From Octopus sinensis (lineage: Eukaryota): a stretch of 64,000 nt of DNA. The notes under the pieces are model-generated. The model searched no databases. It had not been told where the DNA came from and saw only the letters and a list, made by a program, of their open reading frames with translations. The position numbers were made by a program, and so were the translations under genes. The DNA lies in NCBI RefSeq assembly GCF_006345805.1, contig NC_043005.1, positions 89,776,001 through 89,840,000 on the forward strand, written 5' to 3'. Positions 1 to 11,879 of this stretch are shown here, one piece after another. Positions within the stretch are counted from its first letter, which is position 1; each line of letters opens with the position of its first letter.

Positions 1-140
1 CCCAGCAGGTGTCACCACTGATCGTCTCTTCGAAGGTTTTATTTACCTAGTTTCGGTGGAATACATCCACCTGTTTTCAATAATAGAAATATTAAAATTA
101 CTAAGTCTCTCTAAAAGAGATTACGGCAGCGTTACTGGAA

Positions 141-510
141 ATTAATTGTTATCGCCATATTAATATGGCAGTCTTATAGATATAAGACTAAAAGCTGTCG
201 CTGATTAGCTCCATGAGGCCATCGCCTTAAGATAGCTATTTGACACACAAACTGTGTCCATTATAACCTTCGAACAAGGGAGGTCAGCCGCTTCACACTA
301 CGCTACATTGACAAAGGGCAAATACTCTGAAACGCGTCTGTAGCTGTTTGACTAGCAGTGTGAAGCGGCTGACCTCCCTTGTTCGAAGGTTATAATGGAC
401 ACAGTTTGTGTGTCAAATAGCTATCTTAAGGCGATGGCCTCATGGAGCTCATCAGCAACAGCTTTTAGTCTTATATCTATAACACTGCCATATTAATATG
501 GCGATAACAA

Positions 511-515
<5 letters not shown>
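141..515. repeat. Long inverted repeat (159-bp arms 141-299 / 357-515) with a hammerhead in the spacer; PLE pseudo-LTR-like fragment with inverted copy
   Basis: Arms are reverse complements with about 3 mismatches; the right arm ends in (TA)n. Confidence 0.85.
302..344 (+). ncRNA. Minimal type I hammerhead ribozyme, U3-A8 core variant
   Basis: Stem I GCTACA(302-307)/TGTAGC(339-344); core TTGACAA; stem II AGGG-caaata-CTCT; GAA; palindromic stem III ACGCGT; predicted cleavage after C338 (GUC). Confidence 0.8.
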
Positions 516-564
<49 letters not shown>

Positions 565-835
565 CAAATGAATAATAATAGATGAATGTATGTGACCCTT
601 CCATGAATTATGAGCAGAGAATATACAGGGATTATCTCAAAAGGTCGATAAAATCAAGTGTAAAGATTTCAGGTAACGAAAACCCATGATGTGGGTGGGT
701 GATGGAGTGAGAAAGGTTTTTAACCCCAAACAATAAAAGAAAAAAATGTCGCAAGGAATTTTGGGTTTGAAGCACCACCATTTGAACCACCCACCTGGAA
801 TAAATAATAATACGAAGAAATCATTATAAACTTAC

Positions 836-978
836 CTGTAATCTAAGTCAGGTGTAATAAAAACCATGCTTCCAATGTGTAAACCATCCATAATGGTTGA
901 AGAGAAGAGGAAAGCTAGCATCAGTTTCTGATAAAGTCCACATCCTCCAATTGTCCCAATCACTTCTTCGTAGTCCAT
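836..978 (-). CDS. SLC22: First coding exon of an SLC22-family organic cation transporter-like gene (paralog A; continues left of the window)
   Basis: cacc-ATG-g start; MDYEEVIGTIGGCGLYQKLMLAFLFSSTIMDGLHIGSMVFITPDLDY-R; 143 nt ending in AG|gtaag donor; about 96.5% identical to 24618-24760. Symbol is family-level only. Confidence 0.85.
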
Positions 979-1789
979 GGTGAACAAACCTCTCAGAACA
1001 AATGTGTCGTCTGCTTCAAGCAATTTCTAATTGTGTCTGTTAGCGAATATGTCTGGCTACTTTCATGCATACGTACATAATATATGTATCAATTGAGCAA
1101 GTGAGAGTAGCTGTAGGAGTGTAAGTGGTGGTAAGGGGGAGGAGAGGAGGCATGGGAGTGAGGGACTAGCATTTGGGATTGGGTGTTGTATGGAAGTGAG
1201 AGGAGGAGGGGAAAAGAGAACAAGAGAAAGAGTGTGTGGGAGGGGGAGATTAAATGTGAGTATATCTCTATCTATATATATCTCTATATTATAAATCTGA
1301 AATGCCAAAAGTTTGTTTGTTTGTCTGGTTTTGGCATTGAGAACGGGTTAAAGGCCACTAGATCTCGTCGGATTGACTCCAAAATTTACAGGGACATGTA
1401 AAATGAGGTGAGGTTGCTAGGGCCAAAAACGTACTTTGACAAGTCTACTCTCATTCTTTTATGTATCTGTCTTCCTCCGTCACTCACTCTCTTTCCTCCC
1501 TTCCCATCACTTTCTATATATAACGTTGTTTCACGGCGTCTATCTCCCTTACCTTCACTTTCTCTTTATGACGTCGTGTCACGGCGTCCTCAATCTCCCC
1601 CTCCTCCCCGCCTTCGACAGCGCTTTCACACACACTCTCTCTCTACGTCTGTCTGCATTCATAGAGAGAATTATCATCGCCACATCCACCACACAATCAT
1701 GAGAACAAATAATATGAATCAGATATTTATTGGGTTAATTTATATATGTGTGTGTGTATATGTGTGTGTGTGTGTTCTATATATAAATA

Positions 1790-1925
1790 TGTATATATAA
1801 TGTCTTGAGAGGAAGTAGGAGATTCTGTAATTGCTAGCGATATTCACTCCACAGCCTGGTCTTGTTGGTGGTCCTGCTATAGGGTCAGTGGTTACTTTAT
1901 GGTCCTTGCGAAGTCCATACAAAGT
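1790..1925 (-). mobile_element. Short Penelope-like RT fragment
   Basis: MYGLRKDHK...GPPTRPGCGVNIASNYRISYFLS resembles the PLE RT 'YGLPKIHK...PLRP' region. Confidence 0.5.
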
Positions 1926-2201
1926 GTATATATCTGTATTGATGTATATTAAACTTTTTAATACTTTTTGATAATTATATATATTTTTAAAAAAATTATA
2001 AATATAAATTAATAATTTTAATTTTAAATTTAAATAATTTTAATTTTTCAATTTTATATTTTATATATTTTGTATATTATATTTTTATTTTTATGTTTTG
2101 GTTTATGTTTTTCACTGTTTGATTTGCCTATTAGTGGTTTTATCTCTAATTTAATTCATACATATATATATAATTTGTATACATTTGTATATATAATGCG
2201 T

Positions 2202-2262
<61 letters not shown>

Positions 2263-3099
2263 CATATATATATATATAATGTGTGCATTATGAGGTCGGT
2301 TGAGCTGAAAATATGCACACCTATGTTAAAAGTGCTGGCAAGTTTGCATGACGACAATTTTTTCCTCAAATGAAAGGCGTGACCTCTAGGACAAAATTCC
2401 TCATCTTATAAAATGTAGCCCCAGTAGACCCGAATGAAATCGGGTTATATTAACCAAAATGTGAAAAGGGGTCTAAATGGGGCTGGACGGAGATTAAAAT
2501 TTAAAGGAGTGGGTGTTTAGGAATTCTCTGTTACATCAAGCTAAAAAATTTGCGCCAGCCTTTTAATCGTCAATGTGTTGCCGTCCGTGATGAAGTTTTG
2601 AATGCTTGCCATGGTGAGTCTACTGTCGTGAGAAAGAATCACCTCAAAACTTGGTGTTTAGGAATTTTCTTTTACATCAAGTTCAAAATACACCAGCCGT
2701 TAAACTGCCACTATGTTACTGTCCGTCGTTAAGAAATGCCAGCCATGATGACTCTACTATCCTCAGATTCTATCCCTTCAAACTTTGGTTTCCAATATTT
2801 TATTATTTTTATTCAGCTCGCAAGTTCGTCTGTCCCTTTTAAATGTTAGTGTTTTGCTTTCTGCCTTGAAGCAGACATTTCCGTTGTCACTGCCTAATAT
2901 TTATGATTGATCTTTCAAACTACTTTCTTTCTCAAATTACTCAAGATCTTTTGTTGTTTATAAATGGGAGAGAGATAGATAGAGAAAGATAGAGAATAAG
3001 AGAAAGCGAGGGAGAGGCCGAGAGAAAGGAAGAGTAAGAGAGTGGGAAAGGGAGAGAGAAAGGAGAGAGAAACAAAGAGGGAGAATCATCATCATAATC

Positions 3100-3478
3100 G
3101 TCATCATCATCATTTAACGTCCGTTTTCCGTGCTAGCACGGGTTGGACGGTTTGACCGGGGTCTGGGAAGCCAGGAGGCTGCACCAGGCTCCAGTCTAAT
3201 CTGGCAGTGTTTCTACAGCTGGATGCCCTTCTTAACGCCAACCACTCCGTGATTATAGTGGGTGATTTTTTCGTGCCACCGGCACAGGTGCCACGGGGTG
3301 AGGGTCACTGACAGCGGCCACGATCGGTTGGTGCTTTTTACGTGCCACCGGCACAGAAGCCAGTCAATGCGACGCTGCCATCGGCCACGTTCGGATGGTG
3401 CTTTTTACGTGCCAAAAGGAAGCAACAGAAAGTAACAACCACACTCTTACCCGCGCGTAGAGCGGGTCACCTTAAGCT
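3100..3478 (-). mobile_element. 5'-truncated RTE-type LINE 3'UTR copy with (GAT)n tail
   Basis: Shares 'ggcacgtaaaaagcacc'-type motifs with the RTE 3'UTR at 12530-12820 and with 21795-22290. Confidence 0.6.
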
Positions 3479-3509
3479 AGTATATATATATATATATATA
3501 TGTATGTAC

Positions 3510-3540
<31 letters not shown>

Positions 3541-3655
3541 TGTATGTATGTATGTATGTATGTATGTATGTATGTATGTATGTATGCATGCATGCATGCA
3601 TGCATGTATGTATGTATGTATGTATGTATGTATGTATGTATGTATGTATGTATGT

Positions 3656-3702
<47 letters not shown>

Positions 3703-4014
3703 GCACACACATATATATGCAATGTATGAAATAATGGTTGGATCTATTCTATTTGTAATATTTGTATTTAATACATTTGTTACAGTATGTATGTATATGT
3801 GTTATATATATATATATATATTATATATATATATATATATATCATGTGTGTGTGTGTGCATGCACACATAAATATATATATATATATATATATTAACAAT
3901 TAAGGAACGGCCATAATAGGCCATTCACCCACTAGAAATAACAGCCAAAGCTTCTACCGCAAATAAAGATTAATTCCGTAAACAGGAGAAAATTAAAAAA
4001 ACATTTACCCTGTA

Positions 4015-4121
4015 ATTTCTTGTACGGTATACCGTTTCATCCGCTGTTTAATGGTAAACTAACATGATTAAATTAAATCAAGCCAATCTTCCATAAGCCC
4101 TCGGATTCTTCAGCAAGAAAT
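4015..4121 (-). ncRNA. Type I hammerhead ribozyme in the inverted segment of the array
   Basis: Exact reverse complement of 4961-5067. Confidence 0.88.
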
Positions 4122-4960
4122 AGCTCAAGTCGGAACAGATATTTACACGAGGCATACCCAATCTTGCCAAGTCAATATCTGACCTAAAATTTTCAAATCG
4201 TCGCACTCGCGCCAAATTTATCGGCAGCAAATAAATATCAGCCGTCGATTCCATTACGGAATTAACCAAAAAATTCATAATTAATCAATATAGGGTGGCA
4301 AGGAAAATTTTGTAGAATTTTATTGCCACCAGCGGCCCAGTGGGAAAAAATTAAATAGTCATAGACCATTTTTAAGTCCAACATTAACAATTAAGGAACG
4401 GCCATAATAGGCCATTCACCCACTAGAAATAACAGCCAAAGCTTCTACCGCAAATAAAGATTAATTCCGTAAACAGGAGAAAATTAAAAAAACATTTACC
4501 CTGTAATTTCTTGTACGGTATACCGTTTCATCCGCTGTTTAATGGTAAACTAACATGATTAAATTAAATCAAGCCAATCTTCCATAAGCCATTTTTAATT
4601 TTCTCCTGTTTACGGAATTAATCTTTATTTGCGGTAGAAGCTTTGGCTGTTATTTCTAGTGGGTGAATGGCCTATTATGGCCGTTCCTTAATTGTTAATG
4701 TTGAACTTAAAAATGGTCTATGACTATTTAATTTTTTCCCACTGGGCCGCTGGTGGCAATAAAATTCTACAAAATTTTCCTTGCCACCCTATATTGATTA
4801 ATTATGAATTTTTTGGTTAATTCCGTAATGGAATCGACGGCTGATATTTATTTGCTGCCGATAAATTTGGCGCGAGTGCGACGATTTGAAAATTTTAGGT
4901 CAGATATTGACTTGGCAAGATTGGGTATGCCTCGTGTAAATATCTGTTCCGACTTGAGCT

Positions 4961-5067
4961 ATTTCTTGCTGAAGAATCCGAGGGCTTATGGAAGATTGGC
5001 TTGATTTAATTTAATCATGTTAGTTTACCATTAAACAGCGGATGAAACGGTATACCGTACAAGAAAT
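4961..5067 (+). ncRNA. Type I hammerhead ribozyme (first sense copy; repeated in every unit)
   Basis: Stem I ATTTCTTG(4961-68)/CAAGAAAT(5060-67), 8 bp; core CTGAAGA(4969-75); stem II ATCCG/CGGAT closing a 58-nt insert; GAA(5044-46); stem III ACGG-TATA-CCGT; A17=5059 (GUA site). Confidence 0.9.
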
Positions 5068-8000
5068 TACAGGGTAAATGTTTTTTTAATTTTCTCCTGT
5101 TTACGGAATTAATCTTTATTTGCGGTAGAAGCTTTGGCTGTTATTTCTAGTGGGTGAATGGCCTATTATGGCCGTTCCTTAATTGTTAATGTTGAACTTA
5201 AAAATGGTCTATGACTATTTAATTTTTTCCACTGGGCCGCTGGTGGCAATAAATTCTACATTCTACAAATTTTCCTTGCCACCCTATATTGATTAATTAT
5301 GAATTTTTTGGTTAATTCCGTAATGGAATCGACGGCTGATATTTATTTGCTGCCGATAAATTTGGCGCGAGTGCGACGATTTGAAAATTTTAGGTCAGAT
5401 ATTGACTTGGCAAGATTGGGTATGCCTCGTGTAAATATCTGTTCCGACGTGAGCTATTTCTTGCTGAAGAATCCGAGGGCTTATGGAAGATTGGCTTGAT
5501 TTAATTTAATCATGTAGTTTACCATTAAACAGCGGATGAAACGGTATACCGTACAAGAAATTACAGGGTAAATGTTTTTTTAATTTTCTCCTGTTTACGG
5601 AATTAATCTTTATTGCGGTAGAAGCTTTGGCTGTTATTTCTAGTGGGTGAATGGCCTATTATGGCCGTTCCTTAATTGTTAATGTTGAACTTAAAAATGG
5701 TCTATGACTATTTAATTTTTTTCCACTGGGCCGCTGGTGGCAATAAATTCTACAAATTTTCCTTGCCACCCTATATTGATTAATTATGAATTTTTTGGTT
5801 AATTCCGTAATGGAATCGACGGCTGATATTTATTTGCTGCCGATAAATTTGGCGCGAGTGCGACGATTTGAAATTTTAGGTCAGATATTGACTTGGCAAG
5901 ATTGGGTATGCCTCGTGTAAATATCTGTTCCGACTTGAGCTATTTCTTGCTGAAGAATCCGAGGGCTTATGGAAGATTGGCTTGATTTAATTTAATCATG
6001 TTAGTTTACCATTAAACAGCGGATGAAACGGTATACCGTACAAGAAATTACAGGGTAAATGTTTTTTAATTTTCTCCTGTTTACGGAATTAATCTTTATT
6101 TGCGGTAGAAGCTTTGGCTGTTATTTCTAGTGGGTGAATGGCCTATTATGGCCGTTCCTTAATTGTTAATGTTGAACTTAAAAATGGTCTATGACTATTT
6201 AATTTTTTCCCACTGGGCCGCTGGTGGCAATAAAATTCTACAAATTTTCCTTGCCACCCTATATTGATTAATTATGAATTTTTTGGTTAATTCCGTAATG
6301 GAATCGACGGCTGATATTTATTTGCTGCCGATAAATTTGGCGCGAGTGCGACGATTTGAAAATTTTAGGTCAGATATTGACTTGGCAAGATTGGGTATGC
6401 CTCGTGTAAATATCTGTTCCGACTTGAGCTATTTCTTGCTGAAGAATCCGAGGGCTTATGGAAGATTGGCTTGATTTAATTTAATCATGTTAGTTTACCA
6501 TTAAACAGCGGATGAAACGGTATACCGTACAAGAAATTACAGGGTAAATGTTTTTTTAATTTTCTCCTGTTTACGGAATTAATCTTTATTTGCGGTAGAA
6601 GCTTTGGCTGTTATTTCTAGTGGGTGAATGGCCTATTATGGCCGTTCCTTAATTGTTAATGTTGAACTTAAAAATGGTCTATGACTATTTAATTTTTTCC
6701 CACTGGGCCGCTGGTGGCAATAAAATTCTACAAAATTTTCCTTGCCACCCTATATTGATTAATTATGAATTTTTTGGTTAATTCCGTAATGGAATCGACG
6801 GCTGATATTTTTTGCTGCCGATAAATTTGGCGCGAGTGCGACGATTTGAAAATTTTAGGTCAGATATTGACTTGGCAAGATTGGGTATGCCTCGTGTAAT
6901 ATCTGTTCCGACTTGAGCTATTTCTTGCTGAAGAATCCGAGGGCTTATGGAAGATTGGCTTGATTTAATTTAATCATGTTAGTTTACCATTAAACAGCGG
7001 ATGAAACGGTATACCGTACAAGAAATTACAGGGTAAATGTTTTTTTAAATTTTCTCCTGTTTACGGAATTAATCTTTTATTTGCGGTAGAAGCTTTGGCT
7101 GTTATTTCTAGTGGGTGAATGGCCTATTATGGCCGTTCCTTAATTGTTAATGTTGAACTTAAAAATGGTCTATGACTATTTAATTTTTTCCCACTGGGCC
7201 GCTGGTGGCAATAAAATTCTACAAAATTTTCCTTGCCACCCTATATTGATTAATTATGAATTTTTTGGTTAATTCCGTAATGGAATCGACGGCTGATATT
7301 TATTTGCTGCCGATAAATTTGGCGCGAGTGCGACGATTTGAAAATTTTAGGTCAGATATTGACTTGGCAAGATTGGGTATGCCTCGTGTAAATATCTGTT
7401 CCGACTTGAGCTATTTCTTGCTGAAGAATCCGAGGGCTTATGGAAGATTGGCTTGATTTAATTTAATCATGTTAGTTTACCATTAACAGCGGATGAAACG
7501 GTATACCCGTACAAGAAATTACAGGGTAAATGTTTTTTTAATTTTCTCCTGTTTACGGAATTAATCTTTATTTGCGGTAGAAGCTTTGGCTGTTATTTCT
7601 AGTGGGTGAATGGCCTATTATGGCCGTTCCTTAATTGTTAATGTTGAACTTAAAAATGGTCTATGACTATTTAATTTTTTCCCACTGGGCCGCTGGTGGC
7701 AATAAAATTCTACAAAATTTTCCTTGCCACCCTATATTGATTAATTATAATTTTTTTTTGGTTAATTCCGTAATGGAATCGACGGCTGATATTTATTTGC
7801 TGCCGATAAATTTGGCGCGAGTGCGACGATTTGAAAATTTAGGTCAGATATTGACTTGGCAAGATTGGGTATGCCTCGTGTAAATATCTGTTCCGACTTG
7901 AGCTATTTCTTGCTGAAGAATCCGAGGCTTATGGAAGATTGGCTTGATTTAATTTAATCATGTTAGTTTACCATTAAACAGCGGATGAAACGGTATACCG

Positions 8001-9964
8001 TACAAGAAATTACAGGGTAAATGTTTTTTTAATTTTCTCCTGTTTACGGAATTAATCTTTATTTGCGGTAGAAGCTTTGGCTGTTATTTCTAGTGGGTGA
8101 ATGGCCTATTATGGCCGTTCCTTAATTGTTAATGTTGAACTTAAAATGGTCTATGACTATTTAATTTTTTCCCACTGGGCCGCTGGTGGCAATAAAATTC
8201 TACAAAATTTTCCTTGCCACCCTATATTGATTAATTATGAATTTTTTGGTTAATTCCGTAATGGAATCGACGGCTGATATTTATTTGCTGCCGATAAATT
8301 TGGCGCGAGTGCGACGATTTGAAAATTTTAGGTCAGATATTGACTTGGCAAGATTGGGTATGCCTCGTGTAAATATCTGTTCCGACTTGAGCTATTTCTT
8401 GCTGAAGAATCCGAGGGCTTATGGAAGATTGGCTTGATTTAATTTAATCATGTTAGTTTACCATTAAACAGCGGATGAAACGGTATACCGTACAAGAAAT
8501 TACAGGGTAAATGTTTTTTTAATTTTCTCCTGTTTACGGAATTAATCTTTATTTGCGGTAGAAGCTTTGGCTGTTATTCTAGTGGGTGAATGGCCTATTA
8601 TGGCCGTTCCTTAATTGTTAATGTTGAACTTAAAAATGGTCTATGACTATTTAATTTTTTCCCACTGGGCCGCTGGTGGCAATAAAATTCTACAAAATTT
8701 TCCTTGCCACCCTATATGATTAATTATGAATTTTTTGGTTAATTCCGTAATGGAATCGACGGCTGATATTTATTTGCTGCCGATAATTTGGCGCGAGTGC
8801 GACGATTTGAAAATTTTAGGTCAGATATTGACTTGGCAAGATTGGGTATGCCTCGTGTAAATATCTGTTCCGACTTGAGCTATTTCTTGCTGAAGAATCC
8901 GAGGGCTTATGGAAGATTGGCTTGATTTAATTTAATCATGTTAGTTTACCATTAAACAGCGGATGAAACGGTATACCGTACAAGAAATTACAGGGTAAAT
9001 GTTTTTTTAATTTTTCTCCTGTTTACGGAATTAATCTTTATTTGCGGTAGAAGCTTTGGCTGTTATTTCTAGTGGGTGAATGGCCTATTATGGCCGTTCC
9101 TTAATTGTTAATGTTGAACTTAAAAATGGTCTATGACTATTTAATTTTTTCCCACTGGGCCGCTGGTGGCAATAAAATTCTACAAAATTTTCCTTGCCAC
9201 CCTATATTGTTAATTATAATTTTTTTGGTTAATTCCGTAATGGAATCGACGGCTGATATTATTTGCTGCCGATAATTTGGCGCGAGTGCGACGATTTGAA
9301 AATTTTAGGTCAGATATTGACTTGGCAATTGTGGTATGCCTCGTGTAATATCTGTTCCGACTTGAGCTATTTCTTGCTGAAGAATCCGAGGGCTTATGGA
9401 AGATTGGCTTGATTTAATTTAATCATGTTAGTTTACCATTAAACAGCGGATGAAACCGTATACCGTAACAAGAAATTACAGGGTAAATGTTTTTTTAATT
9501 TTCTCCTGTTTACGGAATTCATCTTTATTTGCGGTAGAATGCTTTGGCTGGTTATTTCTAGTGGGTGAATGGCCTATTATGGCCGTTCTTAATTGTTAAT
9601 GTGAACTTAAAATGGTCTATGACTATTTAATTTTTCCCACTGGGCCGCTGGTGGCAAATAAAATTCTACAAATTTTCCTTGCCACCCCTATATTTTATTA
9701 ATTATATATTTATATATATATATACAGATATTATAAAGTCCGAACATGATGGCCGAAATTTTAGGCTGCACTTTGTAAAAGTGGTGATATTTTGAAAGTT
9801 AAATTCCATGTATTTCAATTTTTTTTTCCATTTATTCCAGCAGGAAAAGCTCGTCTTAAATGGCCGAAACCAGTTCTACTTTTTCTTTGCTTTTTGCCAT
9901 ATTTAAAGCTCACTAAGCATTTCCATCTTTTAGTTTTTCCAACACACATACACACACACACACG

Positions 9965-10013
<49 letters not shown>

Positions 10014-10074
10014 ACACACACACACTCACGCACACACACACACACACACACACATGTGTTTATGTGTGTGTAGA

Positions 10075-10230
10075 CACAACGGAGTAGCTGTGTGGCAAGA
10101 AGCTTGCTTCTCAACCATATGATTCTGGGTTCAATCCCACTGAGTGGCAGCTTGGGCAAGTATCTTTTACTATAGCCTCAGACAGAGTGGGTGGATTTGG
10201 TAGATAGAAACTGAAAGAAGCCCAGCATGT
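10075..10230 (+). mobile_element. tRNA-derived SINE (family recurs at ~35495-35650, 49840-50000, 55215-55335, 58000-58140, 62190-62330, 63900-64000, mostly minus strand)
   Basis: tRNA-like head 'gagtagctgtgtggcaagaagcttgc...gggttcaatccc'; multiple diverged copies in the window. Confidence 0.65.
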
Positions 10231-10282
10231 ATATATATGTATATATATATATATGTATATGTGTGTGTGTGTGTGTGCTTGA

Positions 10283-11800
10283 TCAAACCCTGAAAATCGC
10301 AATGAAAGGCTCCAAGAACTAAAACAAGCACTACTTAAAAGACAATACCCATTGATGCTTATAGACAACGGAAAAGAACGTGCGAAAGCAATAAACATCG
10401 AAGAACAACGGAAAACGTTCCAGATACACCCAACAATCTACCCTTTATTGGCGTAGTAGAGGACTTCAGCAGCATATCAGCTGACTGAGCAACATTTTTA
10501 GGAACACACTGCTCACCCCAGTAAGAGATGGAGACCTAGAAAAGGTGGTCTAAAGAAAGCCTGCCCTACACCGTTTGGCCAGCTTACAGCGGCTGACAGA
10601 CTTATCACTGGCGGTCGATTCCAACTGAAAAAGGAGCGGGAGGAAGGAATGTTGAACATTCCAGAGAGGGAGATTTTAGAGGTGAATGGGAGGAAGGGGA
10701 GGAAGGAAAGTTGAACATTCCAGAGATGGGGATTTGAGAGGTAAAGGGGAGGATGGGGAGAAAGGAATGTTGAACATTCCAGAGAGGGGTATTTGAGAGG
10801 TGAAGGGGAGGAAGTGGAGGACGGAATGTTGAACATTCCGGAGAGGGGGATTTGAGAGGTGAATGGGAGGAAGGGAAGGAAGGAATGTTGAACATTCCAG
10901 AGAGGGGGATTTGAGAGGTGAATGGGAGGAAGGGAAGGAAGGAATGTTGAACATTCCAGAGATGGGGATTTGAGAGGTGAAGGGGAGGAAGTGGAGGAAG
11001 GAATGTTGAACATTCCAGAGATGGGTATTTGAGAGGTGAAGGGGAGGAAGGGGAGGATGGAATGTTGAACATTCCAGAGAAGGGGATTTGAGAAGTGAAG
11101 GGGAGGAAGTGGAGAAAGAATGTTGAACATTCCAGAGATGGGGATTTGAGAGGTGAAGGGGAGGAAGGGGAGGATGGAATGTTGAACATTCCAGAGAGGA
11201 GGATTTTAGAGGTGAATGTGAGGACGGGGAGGAAGGAAAGTTGAACATTCCAGAGAGGGGTATTTGAGAGGTAAACGGGAGGAAGAGGTGACAAGAATGT
11301 TGAACATTCCAGAGAGGGGGATTTGAGAGGTGAAGGGGAGGAATTTGAGGAAGGAATGTTGAACATTCCAGAGAGGGGGATTTGAGAGGTGAATGGGAGG
11401 AAGGGAAGGAATGAATGTTGAACATTCCAGAGAGGGGGATTTTAGAGGTGAACGGGAGTAATGGGGGGGGGAGGGAATGTTGAACATTCCAGAGAGGGGA
11501 ATTTGTTGGAAAAAGAGTAAAAGAGTAAAAGAGTTACCTCCCTTCGAAAAATTCTTGTCGCCAACAAAAATGGCTGAAACCAAGACCTTGGAAGATTGAT
11601 AAGCGTAGGACGCGAAACCGGTACTCCCAGTTTATTACATAATGTTGTAATACAACTGTTTGTTTTATTATGATCCTAATATTGGCATAAATTTTATTAT
11701 ACAAACCTCCTGTGCGTGTTTACATATTTTACTTTCTAATGTAGTAACATTTACACTCGTTAACAACATCAGACGCCTTTGTATATATCTATATATATGT
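10283..11800 (+). mobile_element. Degenerate Penelope-like fragment (RT thumb remnant, internal minisatellite, pseudo-LTR-like tail)
   Basis: 10283-10414 reads SNPENRNERLQELKQALLKRQYPLMLIDNGKERAKAI, like the PLE thumb region; hammerhead-like motif at 11596-11623. Confidence 0.55.
10640..11500. repeat. ~59-bp purine-rich minisatellite, about 15 copies
   Basis: Recurrent GGAATGTTGAACATTCCAGAGAGGGGGATTTGAGAGGTGAA...; first and last anchors at 10647 and 11475. Confidence 0.9.
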
Positions 11801-11879
11801 ATGTATATGTGTTTTATTATGTATAATATATATAATATAATATACGTAAGATGTACCTAGTGTAAGCCATAGACACATA

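Larger units (their letters stand above)
3892..9703 (+). repeat. Tandem array of a ~490-bp hammerhead-containing unit (retrozyme-like / PLE pseudo-LTR array): inverted segment 3892-4590, then about 10.4 head-to-tail units 4591-9703
   Basis: Predicted cleavage positions recur at 5059, 5553, 6040, 6529, 7018, 7511, 8002, 8492, 8980, 9467 (spacing 487-494). Copies differ mostly by homopolymer indels. Both ends abut (TA)n. Confidence 0.95.

Noticed and set aside
1007-1023. Upstream start extending the SLC22 N-terminus (MLEADDTF...)
   Set aside because: The ORF track start is a TTG; the ATG at 978 has a strong cacc-ATG-g context and matches the usual SLC22 start.
4804-5004. 66-aa ORF (MNFLVNSVMESTAD...) repeated in the array
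   Set aside because: No recognisable domain; it recurs only because the DNA repeats, and single-base indels break it in several copies. It overlaps the ribozyme core, which better explains the sequence. Ribosome profiling would be needed to rescue it.
3892-9703. CRISPR array or rDNA/snRNA tandem interpretation
   Set aside because: No unique spacers and no recognisable 5S, tRNA or snRNA sequence in the unit.
10513-11583. Long Pro/Ser/Leu-rich ORFs on the minus strand
   Set aside because: Open in several frames because of the 59-bp minisatellite; no splice signals or homology.
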